Shown here piece by piece: positions 1-10,439 of a DNA stretch of 38,954 nt. The position numbers were made by a program, and so were the translations under genes. The number at the start of each line of letters is the position of its first letter. The stretch's first letter is position 1. Source of the stretch: a virus (taxonomy: Duplodnaviria; Caudoviricetes); IMG/VR virus record IMGVR_UViG_3300031519_000071, positions 1-38,954 of that record. One strand, 5' to 3'. Below the pieces are notes generated by a model that was given only the letters and a program-made list of their open reading frames with translations, had not been told where the DNA came from and did not search any database.

Positions 1-2
1 AA

Positions 3-3000
3 CAACAACCCGCTGATATAATTTTTGAGGCTACTGATGAGTGGCAGAATTTTCCTGAAGGAGCAATAGCTCCCGGCGGAGCAGAGTTTAGACTTAGTTT
101 GACGGACCCAACACAACGCCAAATACGTTTAATACCTACGGAAACGCAGCCAGAATCATCTCAGCCCACGATAAATCTTAACCAAGACCCTGACACATTG
201 GGAGGCGCAGAGCGGTTAGAGTTAGCTAAAGAGCTTATGGCAACAGCCGCTGGCCGCACAGAAGAATTTGATTTTGAAAAAGGCGCCCGCATCCTAATGA
301 AGGATGTATTGTTTGACCCACCTACTGGTAATAAAAAAGTATGGTGGAACGAGATGGCTGCTTTGATTAACGAGCCTGAAGGCTTAGGTATATTATGGGA
401 TTCACCAGACCATCTTGCTATCTCGAGAGAAGTTTTCTTAGATTTAGCTGGAGAATATCTTGTTTCCGGCAGTACGTTAGGGAAAACATTTACTACTACA
501 AAAGACGGGGTTGCAGGGGTAGAACGAGACTGGGTGCGCATTGCCTTAGATATGGGTTGGTTCCTAGATACTTTGCTCGTACTGGATGGTACCCCCACTA
601 AACCTAGTGACCGTATTAACAATATAACAGATAGTAAACTTGGGCCTGATGCTACTATTGAAGACATTGTTGCTGAAGTAAAAGAGTTAAGTAAAAGAAG
701 TGGTGTAGTTGCAGAAACTACTAGTGAGCTAGCTGCGATGGTTACTAACACTAGGGCGCAACAAGGCAGTCCTAATATAGTAAATGCTTTTATTAATAGA
801 GTTTCCAGTTTAATTGCAGACGGTGCAGACCTTAGCTTTGTAGTTGAAGGTGCGCCACTTAGTGATTGGTTCCCTAATAATACAGCTACTATTGAGAATG
901 GTAAGCTAAAGCGTCCAACTTCTGCTGAGCAGTCTACACAGGCAAAGCTAGATATAGCTGACACTCGTCCTGTTGAAGGTCGTAACTCTAATATAGAAAC
1001 AGGAAGACCTATTACTCAGCCTATGCCTACTAACTCTCAACGGGCTTATATAAGAAAAGTGGTTAAAGGGCTAAACAAAAAAGTGTCCCCGCTTGTTATG
1101 AATGTTGCTGATCTTGCAGAGTTCAAGAAAAAATATGCAAAGCAATATAGAGAGGCCGTAGCTTCTCGTCCTGACAATAAAAATATTATTAACGAGAATA
1201 CAGCAGGTCATTCTTTTGGCAACACTGTAGTTATCTTCCGTAATAACATTAAGAATAAACAGCACCTTGCATTTGTTCTAGGCCATGAAATTATTGGGCA
1301 CTTTGGTCTAGCATCTATTATGCCAAAGGCTAAACTAAAAACGTTGATGGATGGTATATACGATACTGATCCTCGTATTCGTGCAGAAGCTATCCGTCGT
1401 ATGTCAGTATATAATATGAATAAGACTGAAGCTGTAGAAGAAGCTGTGGCTGATCTTGCAGGGGTCGTTGAATCTCAAACTATTATGAGAGTGTGGAACG
1501 CTATTAAGACGTTCCTTAATAAACTTGGAGTTAAGTTCTCTGACGATATGGCCCGCTATTATGTTAACCAGTCTCGGCGTATGCTACGCAATGGAACAAC
1601 AGGTGATGTCTCTGCAAACGGTATATACTCTGACCTAATGGACATACAGGACCGTTACGTTGAGGGACGTTCATCAGACAACCTAGCTAGCTCAGCGTTC
1701 TCCCATAAAATTTTATCCGGTCAGGTTAGTAGTGAAGGGCTATGGTCTACCCTAACAGATATTGCAGGAGATATGACATCTGCTGAAGGTATCGAAACAA
1801 ACATTAGAAAACTTTCTGCAACTACCAGCAACTTCGCTACCAATTTTGGACGGTTCGCAGAAATACTACAAACATTAGACCAGAAAGCTACTCGCAACCG
1901 TGGTCTGCAAGAACTATATAAAATTTTTGAAAACCAGTCTGAGCATGTCAAACGGCTACAAACTATTCTAAATGATAAGACTAACTTTTCTCATCGTTAC
2001 GATCCTGTATCACGTATCCTTACTGGTACTAGAAAAAAGGTTACAAAAGAAAACGAGAATGATTGGCAGAATGGGCCACCCCCTCAAAAATTTGAGCGTG
2101 ACCAAGCTAACAAGTTGCTACAGGAGGCACGTTTATTTCGCTATGAAGAAAGCTCTGAGGCACTTATACGGGAACAAGGTAGCCTGTTAAATATTAGCCC
2201 AGAAGGTGCAGTAACCCGCAATGAAGAGGTTATTAAAAAAGTTATAGATGCCGGTAGCGTTACCCGTAAACAGTTTGAAGCTGGTCTTAGAACCCTAAAG
2301 AAAGATGATGCAGGTAATATAATTAAAGGAGACCCCAGAATATATAAGCCTGATTTTAAGATTAATGACCGGGTATGGAGATTATACACTGAGCAACGTA
2401 ATGCTATAAACGAAGCTTCTATAATGGTTTACGAAGATAAAGTTATAGGTATGCTTGGCTCTCAGAAAATAGAGATAGACGACATTGTAAGAATAAATAA
2501 ATTAACTCCAGAGCAAGGTCGTATACTGCATGAGCTATCTGCCACCCACAGTAAATTGTATCAGGCTAAGCCTGTAATAAAAGGCAACAAGTTTGAGTGG
2601 AATCCTGAGTCTGTTGAGGCAGCTAGAGTATTTATATACCAAGCTATGCGCGTTATGGATAGTAAGAACGGAGACCGTAAATTAAATGACTGGATCAACG
2701 GGTCTTCTGACCCTAACGACGCTGGTCTTGAAGCGTTCCGTAAAGATAAAGATTTTCCACAAGATTTTTCTGAATTAGTAGAAAAACTAAAAGTTCTTAA
2801 CAAAGCTCAATTAAGTGAGCGAAGAGAACTGGATGCTCGCAGAACAATTCAAGATTTAGAAATTTCAAACTCACAATTAATTAACGCTGAGTACAAAGCT
2901 ATAAACGAAATGCTTACTTCGTATGTACCATTTGTTCGCAAGGGAAAATTTCAAGTTCGTGTTCAGGCTTATAGAATAGTAGGCGGTAAAGAGGTACCTG

Positions 3001-5525
3001 TTGACCTTGACGAAAGCGTTAAGTCAATGCTGTATTACACGCGTACTGAGAGCAAACAAGAAGCTAATCAAATACGTGATGCGTTAAATGAAGAGTTTAA
3101 TACTTATGATGCAAGCGAAACTACAATAAGGGTAGACGGTGGTAAACAAAAAGCAAATGAAGACGGTACTCTTAATCCGGACACCGTAAATAATATTGTA
3201 TTCCGTGCTGAAAGTAGCACTGCCAGTTCAACTTCTACTCTTGCTAATGGCGTAAACTATGATGATGTAGCCAACACATTATTACGCGCTGGTATTTCTT
3301 TAAAACAAAAAGACCGCGATAACCTAATAAAAATGATGACCAACCAACATTCTGTTGCACGTAAACGGATGGAGTTTAGCCAAACCCCCGGTTGGGAACA
3401 GGATATGATGCGTGGTATAGCAGAACATCTTGAGACACAAACACACATAGCAGGTAAAAACCGGTTCAAGCACCAAGTTTCTCGTGTTGTTGCAGATAAA
3501 ACTGCGGAACTTAATCTATGGGATGGTAATCTAAGAGAGCTTGAGCGAAGGCAAAATGCTTACAGAGACGCGGCTGATAAAAGCCGTAAAGGTTATAACG
3601 AAGCAAAGTCAGACCTTGCCTTTATGGATATGACATCATACCAACATTCATACATAGAGTCTTCTGATAAACGGAATATAACTATTTTAAATAGAGACCT
3701 TAGCGAAAGTAAAGTAGATGGAAAAGGTAAATCAGGACAATATAAAGAGGACGCTAATAAATTAGTAGAGTTTTACAACAACACGGCTAACATTGCTGAA
3801 GCTACTGGTGAAGAAAAATTTGGTAAGATGTTTGGTAAATTTGCCACAGTCACTGCTGCTATGCAATTAGGTGGCGCAATAGCTCCAGCCCTTATTAACT
3901 TAACTTCGTTAGGTAGTCACGCCATACCATACCTATCTACAATAAACAACAAGACCGGATATGGTGGTGGCTTTGGTCCCAGTGCAGCAGCGGCAGCTAT
4001 CTACAGAGCAGGCAGTGATATGTCTCTTATCAAAGCTGTTCTCAAGATGGACGACGTAACTGGTACTGCGGCCAAACTTGATGTGTTACTTAACGGCACT
4101 AAAGAAAATCCTAAAGTGTGGAAAGAAGGTGAGCGTGTCTACAATATGACAAGGGATGAGCTACAGTTCCTACAGTCGCTAACAGAAAAGGGTGTGCTAA
4201 CACCTAATATGTTTAACGCTCTGGTTGGTACGTCACGTACAGGTAAACAATCCAATCAACTAGCAAGAATGACTGAAACATGGATGAAGTTATTCTCTAA
4301 GACTGAACAGTATAACCGACGCGTTACGGCACTAGCTTCCTATCGTCTGGAAAAAGAACGACAGCTAAAAGCTGGGGCAAAGGAAAGTGACTTTGCTACA
4401 GGTAAAACAGATGCGGCAAAGCACGTATACGCTCGATCAATTACTGCGGTTAACGCATCCCAAGGTAACTACGCACAGTACAACCGCCCTCACCTTGCCC
4501 GTGGTAATGTTGCTCAGTACCTATATATGTATAAGCAGTTTGTGGTTATTACAGTTCAACTGATGCGTAACCTTGGTACTAGGGAACGTCTGATTATGCT
4601 TGGGCTTCTTGTTTTGATGAGTGGTGTAAAAGGTATACCATTTGCTGAAGACTTTATGGATTTGGTGGACACATTAATGCAGAAGTTTGGAATCAAATCT
4701 AAAGGGGTTGAGGCTTATGTTTCAGAAATATCGGAGGCTATGATCCCCGGTTCGTCTCGTATTTTAATGCGTGGTCTTGGAGATTACTTGCTAGGCGCAA
4801 CAGTATCTAACCGTCTAGGCCACGGTAACTTGTTGCCGGGTACTACTTTTTTCCTTGCTGGCTCTGATACTGGTAGGGAACTTGCAGATATTGCTGGTCC
4901 TATAGTATCAGCCATGCAGGGTATAGTAGGTGGTACTGCGTTAATAACAAACTATGCCGCTGAGACTGTTGGCCTAAAGCCTGATGTAACCAGCTTTGAA
5001 GATATAGCTCGTACAGGTTTAGGTTCATCTGGTCTTAAGGCTATAGCCGAGAGCTTTATATTTATGTCTGATGGTACTATTACTAATAAACGTGGGCAGG
5101 TGGTAGCTAAAGATTTTGGTCCGTTTGATATGGTAACTCGTATGTTAGGGTTCTACCCATCTGCAGCTACTACCCAGTACGATATTAACCGTATGACCCA
5201 ACGTGCTAGAGATTACAGTAGGGTTATCAAAGAAGGTTTTGTTGCACGATACCGCAAATCTGACACAGCAAAAGAGCGCCGTCTTGTTAGACAAGAAGTT
5301 AGAGAGTGGAACCGAGATGCTGGTAAGGAGTCACCATTCTATATTCGTAACTTCACAGATTCTGCAAACCGTTCCACTAAAGAAGCCGAACGTACTGCAA
5401 CAGGTCGCTTATTAAAGTCAGCACCTAAGTCAGTGCGGGCTATGCAGAAAGACCTAATGCTTGCGTATGGGTTAGATACAAAAGGCAATCTTCCTGACAA
5501 CCTTGACCGCGTTAACCAACGCTAA
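3..5525 (+). CDS. Giant virion/ejection protein of the large polyvalent (PLxRFG-like) type, 5'-truncated
   Basis: The frame is open from nt 3 (QQPADIIFEATDEW...), so the true start is outside the window; >1840 aa. Zincin-like LGHEIIGHFGL motif followed by EAVEEAVAD. The C-terminal region has YMYKQF and hydrophobic Gly-rich helices, as seen in podophage internal proteins. Confidence 0.7.
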   Translation, partial: QQPADIIFEATDEWQNFPEGAIAPGGAEFRLSLTDPTQRQIRLIPTETQPESSQPTINLNQDPDTLGGAERLELAKELMATAAGRTEEFDFEKGARILMKDVLFDPPTGNKKVWWNEMAALINEPEGLGILWDSPDHLAISREVFLDLAGEYLVSGSTLGKTFTTTKDGVAGVERDWVRIALDMGWFLDTLLVLDGTPTKPSDRINNITDSKLGPDATIEDIVAEVKELSKRSGVVAETTSELAAMVTNTRAQQGSPNIVNAFINRVSSLIADGADLSFVVEGAPLSDWFPNNTATIENGKLKRPTSAEQSTQAKLDIADTRPVEGRNSNIETGRPITQPMPTNSQRAYIRKVVKGLNKKVSPLVMNVADLAEFKKKYAKQYREAVASRPDNKNIINENTAGHSFGNTVVIFRNNIKNKQHLAFVLGHEIIGHFGLASIMPKAKLKTLMDGIYDTDPRIRAEAIRRMSVYNMNKTEAVEEAVADLAGVVESQTIMRVWNAIKTFLNKLGVKFSDDMARYYVNQSRRMLRNGTTGDVSANGIYSDLMDIQDRYVEGRSSDNLASSAFSHKILSGQVSSEGLWSTLTDIAGDMTSAEGIETNIRKLSATTSNFATNFGRFAEILQTLDQKATRNRGLQELYKIFENQSEHVKRLQTILNDKTNFSHRYDPVSRILTGTRKKVTKENENDWQNGPPPQKFERDQANKLLQEARLFRYEESSEALIREQGSLLNISPEGAVTRNEEVIKKVIDAGSVTRKQFEAGLRTLKKDDAGNIIKGDPRIYKPDFKINDRVWRLYTEQRNAINEASIMVYEDKVIGMLGSQKIEIDDIVRINKLTPEQGRILHELSATHSKLYQAKPVIKGNKFEWNPESVEAARVFIYQAMRVMDSKNGDRKLNDWINGSSDPNDAGLEAFRKDKDFPQDFSELVEKLKVLNKAQLSERRELDARRTIQDLEISNSQLINAEYKAINEMLTSYVPFVRKGKFQVRVQAYRIVGGKEVPVDLDESVKSMLYYTRTESKQEANQIRDALNEEFNTYDASETTIRVDGGKQKANEDGTLNPDTVNNIVFRAESSTASSTSTLANGVNYDDVANTLLRAGISLKQKDRDNLIKMMTNQHSVARKRMEFSQTPGWEQDMMRGIAEHLETQTHIAGKNRFKHQVSRVVADKTAELNLWDGNLRELERRQNAYRDAADKSRKGYNEAKSDLAFMDMTSYQHSYIESSDKRNITILNRDLSESKVDGKGKSGQYKEDANKLVEFYNNTANIAEATGEEKFGKMFGKFATVTAAMQLGGAIAPALINLTSLGSHAIPYLSTINNKTGYGGGFGPSAAAAAIYRAGSDMSLIKAVLKMDDVTGTAAKLDVLLNGTKENPKVWKEGERVYNMTRDELQFLQSLTEKGVLTPNMFNALVGTSRTGKQSNQLARMTETWMKLFSKTEQYNRRVTALASYRLEKERQLKAGAKESDFATGKTDAAKHVYARSITAVNASQGNYAQYNRPHLARGNVAQYLYMYKQFVVITVQLMRNLGTRERLIMLGLLVLMSGVKGIPFAEDFMDLVDTLMQKFGIKSKGVEAYVSEISEAMIPGSSRILMRGLGDYLLGATVSNRLGHGNLLPGTTFFLAGSDTGRELADIAGPIVSAMQGIVGGTALITNYAAETVGLKPDVTSFEDIARTGLGSSGLKAIAESFIFMSDGTITNKRGQVVAKDFGPFDMVTRMLGFYPSAATTQYDINRMTQRARDYSRVIKEGFVARYRKSDTAKERRLVRQEVREWNRDAGKESPFYIRNFTDSANRSTKEAERTATGRLLKSAPKSVRAMQKDLMLAYGLDTKGNLPDNLDRVNQR

Positions 5526-8434
5526 GTAATTACTCCTAGCTGGCCCAACGTCATATTCTCTGCACCTTGTTGTGCAATGTCAAGGAAGCCTACCATCTCC
5601 ATGTTGTTGAGGTTGATACCTAGCACGTAGTGCTGCCCTGCCTTAAGATTAGTATCCTTACTTATGGACACCTTCTTTGTATGCGGCGTAGCATCTGCGC
5701 CTACTTCACCAACTTCACGGCACAACGCGTTGTAGTCATACCCACGGCTAGCCACGTACTCTTTAAACTTCTTACGCACTAGCATCACTGTACCCCTGTC
5801 GAACTTATCCATTGGTCCACTACGGTACACATCAAATCGTGCTTTGATCTCACCCCGTGGCTCACGATTAATGTCGTGGGTTGCAGGGACGTTACCACTG
5901 GTTGTGTGCATGACGGTTAGGATGTCAGCGGCGGTCTCGTTTAGGTACTCTTTAATAATATCAAACCCAGTAATACGACTCTCGTCTGCCTTTGTGCGAA
6001 GCCCCTCAATCTGGTCAACAACTAACCGGATACCAATAGTAAAGTCATAGGATATAACCCCAATCTCTGTGGCTATCGTGCAGGCAACATGTTGTAGTAC
6101 GAGTGCCGCCTCCCAGAAGCGCTCAACACCGGCAAACCTAAATCCATATAGGTCTGCGAACTTAAGGGTAGCCTCAGCAATACGCCTCTTCAACTCAGTC
6201 TTACCTAGACGAAGGTACTCTTTCATCAACAGGTCGCCAATGACCCCGTGGTTATCTGATAGGAACTCGGAGAACTTGCGGCCTGCGTCACTAGTTCCTC
6301 TAAATAGTTTATGGGTTGGCATCTCTATCTCTAGTAGTCGTGCCATCTGTGCGCTAGTTTCTATACCTGATGCCGCCATCTTGGAAGCAAAAGATATGTT
6401 GGTGGATACCGTGACACTTGTTGCCCACTCTTTAGCATCCCGCTCACTAGCAGTGCGTGTAAGCCGTGCCTTATCCCTGCCTTGTGTAACCCAATAACAG
6501 AAGGAGCCAACGTCCTCCATCATGGTAGCCTCGTCTATAGTCATAGGCAAATTACAATATGTACCCAGCCTATTGAACAACGCATTGTGCGTGAACTTAG
6601 CTGCAAAGTGTAGCTTGTCTGGGTTACCCCATACGCTCTGCATAAACAACTGAGCAATAGATTTACCGCTACCCGAAGGTCCGAACAGTGAGACGGTCAC
6701 ACCCTTGAGACCAGTGAATGCCCACAGTGGCGCAGCTAAAGAGTTATTAAGTGCAAAGATATGGTGCGGTAGGTTGGCTGTCTGCAACACGTTGGTGGCG
6801 TTCGTCCATGTATCCGCAGAGCCAGCCATGCTGTACATCTTGCTACCCATATTAGAAGCAGCGGAGGATAGAGATATATCTTCTACGGTTACGGCACCAT
6901 CATCACCCCGTTTATACAGACGTTCACCAATAACAAATTGGCTGAAGTTATCTTTCCACCCCATGACCCCGTGGATGTTAGACATTGATTGTGTCTTGCG
7001 TAGTTCGTCCATGTATCCGCGTAACATGTATTGGAATCCTTGTGTCTGCTTCTCAGTCTTAAGAACTATCCCCTGATCTGCAATAACAGTGGGGAACTCT
7101 CGGCTCTTAGAGTTGAGATGTGCTTGCCTAAATACTAAGTCTTGCCACCCTTCATGTGGCCTCTTCCATTTAAATCGTACAGTCTCATACCCTAAGCTAT
7201 CGTCACGACCATAGCCTACCGGGTATATAAGGAAAGGAGAAATCTCCACCTCTGTGCCGTCTATTGATTGTACTATAATATCACCAGATACCTTGAACGG
7301 TTTAGGGGGACTGATCTTGTGGGCGATATCATCAGGGGCATCTGCCGCCATCTTAGTTTCTTTGTACACCCTACCGCACATAGCCGGGGAGGTAATGTTT
7401 CCCTTCAATGGACATTTGTCACAGCCCTTTGGTTTGTCATCCTCAAACTTGTTGCAGGTGGTTGGGCCTGTTGTACGCGCTTGCCACTGGCGTAGCTTGT
7501 TAAGTGTATCGGTCTCAGTGTAGTCGGGGTGGTCCATACTCCAGTTTTTAGCTGTGTCCTCGGGGTTCTGGCAGTGCGCGGCGATCCCGATCAGGCTATA
7601 CCACATAGGCTCTGGTACTTTGTCTTGGTTGTCCACTGCCCATCGTACTTGCTGGCAACTGTTATATATAGTGTCGGGGTTTGACGGCTCAAAATCTTGC
7701 TTGATCTCTAATGCTGCGCTCAGTGCGGAGGTGGGCAGCACCATACTCGGTACGTTTATGCCCGAATCTGTCACTAGCGTAGGGGTTGCACTCCCCAAGA
7801 TGTTCTGGAGTGTCTGCTTGTCGTAGTCCGGGGCATCCCGTAGGAGTTTAACTTCCTTACCATTCTTGGGATTGTGAGTGCCGATAGGGCGCAACACCCT
7901 TGCGCTGTCTGCTGTAACCGCAGGGTCAAACAGAAACTTATTCACTTTAAACGTAGCCTTTAACGCATTGGCTAAAGGTTGCCACTCGTTCTTAGGTAGA
8001 GCTTCACTCAACACCCAGTACACATGAAGCCCCCGCCCAGATGATACGATCATAGGCCACGGTAGCTTAGTGACGTTGATAAAATCTAGTAGAGCTTGTA
8101 GACCTAGAGCTTGGCTAAGGTAACCCTTGTCTGGTATCGGATCGCCATTCTTATCGATTTGATCTACCTTATCAGGGCCACAATCAATATCAATAAACAA
8201 AGTCTTGACTAGCTTAGAGTTTACTTGTGTTCGATTAAAGCGGGTGTTGAATGTTGATGTTGCATAATATGTGTTGTTGCCAGCTTGGTCATAGCGGCGG
8301 CAGTTAGTTGCGAGTTCCTCCACGGAACCAAAGAACGCTTGCTGTGGGGCAGAGTTATCATTTATTACAGTCGCACAGTAGAATCCTTCGGCGGGGAGGA
8401 CACGCTTAAGAAATCCTAGCGTATCCATTGACAT
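5522..8434 (-). CDS. DNA primase-helicase: N-terminal AEP-type primase, Cys-rich region, DUF927/P-loop helicase
   Basis: AEP motifs FIDIDCG, SSGRGLHVYW and VLRPIGTHN; Cys cluster TTCNKF...CDKCPL; Walker A GPSGSGKS and Walker B MTIDE; AGGGA upstream of the ATG at 8434. Confidence 0.85.
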   Translation of the reverse strand: MSMDTLGFLKRVLPAEGFYCATVINDNSAPQQAFFGSVEELATNCRRYDQAGNNTYYATSTFNTRFNRTQVNSKLVKTLFIDIDCGPDKVDQIDKNGDPIPDKGYLSQALGLQALLDFINVTKLPWPMIVSSGRGLHVYWVLSEALPKNEWQPLANALKATFKVNKFLFDPAVTADSARVLRPIGTHNPKNGKEVKLLRDAPDYDKQTLQNILGSATPTLVTDSGINVPSMVLPTSALSAALEIKQDFEPSNPDTIYNSCQQVRWAVDNQDKVPEPMWYSLIGIAAHCQNPEDTAKNWSMDHPDYTETDTLNKLRQWQARTTGPTTCNKFEDDKPKGCDKCPLKGNITSPAMCGRVYKETKMAADAPDDIAHKISPPKPFKVSGDIIVQSIDGTEVEISPFLIYPVGYGRDDSLGYETVRFKWKRPHEGWQDLVFRQAHLNSKSREFPTVIADQGIVLKTEKQTQGFQYMLRGYMDELRKTQSMSNIHGVMGWKDNFSQFVIGERLYKRGDDGAVTVEDISLSSAASNMGSKMYSMAGSADTWTNATNVLQTANLPHHIFALNNSLAAPLWAFTGLKGVTVSLFGPSGSGKSIAQLFMQSVWGNPDKLHFAAKFTHNALFNRLGTYCNLPMTIDEATMMEDVGSFCYWVTQGRDKARLTRTASERDAKEWATSVTVSTNISFASKMAASGIETSAQMARLLEIEMPTHKLFRGTSDAGRKFSEFLSDNHGVIGDLLMKEYLRLGKTELKRRIAEATLKFADLYGFRFAGVERFWEAALVLQHVACTIATEIGVISYDFTIGIRLVVDQIEGLRTKADESRITGFDIIKEYLNETAADILTVMHTTSGNVPATHDINREPRGEIKARFDVYRSGPMDKFDRGTVMLVRKKFKEYVASRGYDYNALCREVGEVGADATPHTKKVSISKDTNLKAGQHYVLGINLNNMEMVGFLDIAQQGAENMTLGQLGVIT

Positions 8435-8447
8435 ATTTCCCTATACA

Positions 8448-8482
8448 TGTTTTGAGGGAGGCCGAAGCCCCCCTCGAAAACA
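8448..8482 (-). promoter_or_regulatory. Stable cUUCGg hairpin in the primase leader
   Basis: Minus strand TGTTTT-C-GAGGGGGGC-TTCG-GCCTCCCTC-AAAACA; no downstream U-tract; ends just before the primase RBS. Confidence 0.6.
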
Positions 8483-8486
8483 GATG

Positions 8487-8792
8487 TTACTCTTCTTCTT
8501 TTGTTAACTCAAGTAACGTATTGAAACGTTGCGCTGGAGCCATAGCAATTACCTCTGGCGCAGGCCACGGGTTGGCATCATCGGCTACCAGTACGAACAG
8601 TTTCTTAAGTGCTGCGCGTACCATGAGATTGTTTCCCTTACGGATAGGCTTACCTTTAATCCAGCCTCCATATGTCACCCGAGACACCCCAAGAAATTTA
8701 GACATCTGAGATGCATTTAGTAGCATATGTTTCCGAAGAGCCTCAACACCACTGAAGTCAATGGGCTTTGCTTCCTCTGTATTAGGCATCAT
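8487..8792 (-). CDS. XRE/Cro-like helix-turn-helix protein
   Basis: VEALRKHMLLNASQMSKFLGVSRVTYGGWIKG fits the HTH_XRE pattern. Confidence 0.75.
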   Translation of the reverse strand: MMPNTEEAKPIDFSGVEALRKHMLLNASQMSKFLGVSRVTYGGWIKGKPIRKGNNLMVRAALKKLFVLVADDANPWPAPEVIAMAPAQRFNTLLELTKEEE

Positions 8793-9813
8793 CTGCCTCC
8801 ACTTGGGCCATCAGTGCAGTGATCTCATCGGCAAGGCCAGCAGTGCCAGCGTCAGCGACAGGTGCAGCAACAGGCTCTTCTGCAACAGCAACAGGTTCCA
8901 CAGCAGCAGGTGCAGGTGCAGGTGCAGGTGCAGGTGCAGGTGCAGGTGCAGGTGCAGGTGCAGGTGCAGGTGCAGCAGGCTTACCAAATGTTGCTACAGG
9001 TGCAGGTGCGTCATCGGTAGGTGCAGGCTGTGCAACAGGTTCTACTACAGGCGTCGGTACAGCTACCGGTGCTGCAACAGAAGGCACAGGGGTAGTTGCG
9101 ATGGCAATCGAAGGAGCGTCCTCACCTGTAATCTCTTTAGCCAATGGGCTACCAAGTAGCGTATCTACTATAGCCTGAGTGGCGTCATCTAGTACCCCGC
9201 CGTAGTCAAACTTTAACTTAGGGTAGGATGCTTCCGTGTCGAAGGAGATGATAGTCTTAGCGATGTCGGGAATAATACCATGCATCCGCAGCTTACGGTG
9301 GTATGCGTTAAGACCTTTCAGCGCACCCGCCGTTACTTCTAGTAGATACATCGGACCCTCTGGATCATCTACAGCTACAATAGCCAATCTCTTTTTATCA
9401 GCACATGCCTTGATGTCCACGCCTTGAGGAGTCTTCTTACTACCCCATGCGTTCTGGGGACAGGATGAACATAGGTCGTTCTGTGGTTGCTTACTATCCG
9501 CATCGGGACGGACACCGCCTAGGCTAGCACAGTCAGGTGCGGAGGCTTCTGCATCAGGGTTCCATGCTTCAGCGTAGAAAGACTTAGACAGATTAGAGTT
9601 AGACCAGACGATGGACACAGCAAGTTGTACGTCAGGAAGCACAGTCTCTGCGCCGCCATCTACGATACGGAACCGTGATCCTTTGATGGAGATACGAGGG
9701 AAGCTAGGGCCACCGCCTAGTCCACCAGCAATGTGGTCTGATAACACAGACGTACGGGATGACAGGTGTGCGGGTAGTGGGGTGTCGAACGGTACAATAT
9801 TATTACTCATCAT
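8782..9813 (-). CDS. Putative ssDNA-binding/replication accessory protein with Ala-Pro linker and acidic tail
   Basis: FPRISIKG motif, CSSC...C possible Zn site, long A/P/V-rich linker, acidic C-terminus (EADDA); located in the replication module. Confidence 0.55.
   Translation of the reverse strand: MMSNNIVPFDTPLPAHLSSRTSVLSDHIAGGLGGGPSFPRISIKGSRFRIVDGGAETVLPDVQLAVSIVWSNSNLSKSFYAEAWNPDAEASAPDCASLGGVRPDADSKQPQNDLCSSCPQNAWGSKKTPQGVDIKACADKKRLAIVAVDDPEGPMYLLEVTAGALKGLNAYHRKLRMHGIIPDIAKTIISFDTEASYPKLKFDYGGVLDDATQAIVDTLLGSPLAKEITGEDAPSIAIATTPVPSVAAPVAVPTPVVEPVAQPAPTDDAPAPVATFGKPAAPAPAPAPAPAPAPAPAPAPAPAAVEPVAVAEEPVAAPVADAGTAGLADEITALMAQVEADDA
8906..8971. repeat. Perfect hexamer tandem repeat (GCAGGT)11, encoding (Ala-Pro)11 on the minus strand
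   Basis: 11 identical copies counted directly. Confidence 0.95.
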
Positions 9814-10027
9814 TAGTTTCCTTAAGTTTGTGGCCCATCTGAGCCGGGGTGAACATCTCTTGTTGTGCTGGGATATCCAGCTTTATACGGGCCTGCTGTG
9901 CTATGATCTCTTCAGCAATACCCACGGCATCTTTAGCGTATGTTGTAGTTAACACAACGCCTTCGGCTTGGCAGTGTTGCAACAGAAAACCATTCTCTAT
10001 AGCAAACACTTTCATAACAGGCTCCAT
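9803..10027 (-). CDS. Hypothetical protein (74 aa, MEPVMKVFAIENG...)
   Basis: The ATG at 10027 lies just after the upstream stop and fills the gap; start revised from the ORF track (10081). Confidence 0.65.
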   Translation of the reverse strand: MEPVMKVFAIENGFLLQHCQAEGVVLTTTYAKDAVGIAEEIIAQQARIKLDIPAQQEMFTPAQMGHKLKETNDE

Positions 10028-10031
10028 ATCC

Positions 10032-10436
10032 CTAAGCCGTCTTGGCTGGGCGGCGTACGTTGACACTGATCTTAGTGCCAAAATTTACACCACTGGGGAC
10101 CGCCCCGTTAATATCTAGGTACTCACGCACTGCCTTCTTATTGACAGCCTTGTTCAGCATGTCGTAGGCATCGTTGGTCTTGATGAAGTCAAGCACTACA
10201 TCCCAGTCTCCAACGCTAGCGAAGTCACTGGTGGACATAAACGCTGTACCTGCATCAGTCTTGAAAGACTTAACACCTGTCTCCTCAGACTTAGCCTGTA
10301 TCCAAGCCTCTAGCTTAAGCATCTTCTCTTTGATGCCAGCTAGCCGATCCTTAACGTCAGCCTCGACCACTTCTTTCTGCGCCCTCAACTTAATGTACGT
10401 ATCAATGACAGCATCGACAGTTAATTCTTCTGACAT
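10032..10436 (-). CDS. Conserved phage replication-region protein with N-terminal coiled coil
   Basis: GAGGAG RBS; coiled coil followed by KSFKTDAGT...DWD...VPSGVN, a pattern common in phage genes next to SNF2 helicases. Confidence 0.65.
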   Translation of the reverse strand: MSEELTVDAVIDTYIKLRAQKEVVEADVKDRLAGIKEKMLKLEAWIQAKSEETGVKSFKTDAGTAFMSTSDFASVGDWDVVLDFIKTNDAYDMLNKAVNKKAVREYLDINGAVPSGVNFGTKISVNVRRPAKTA

Positions 10437-10439
10437 ATT

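Noticed and set aside
161-7826. Many antisense or out-of-frame ORFs (e.g. 161-964, 6069-6497)
   Set aside because: Shadows of long real genes, with no recognisable motifs
8448-8482. Hairpin as an intrinsic terminator
   Set aside because: Followed by A-runs rather than U-runs on both strands
8906-8971. Possible CRISPR array, given the Cas4-like gene
   Set aside because: Contiguous 6-mers with no spacers; stand-alone Cas4-like nucleases are ordinary phage replication genes
8761-9178. Plus-strand ORFs with (RC)n and (AG)n repeats
   Set aside because: They are alternative-frame readings of the hexamer repeat, antisense to the SSB-like gene
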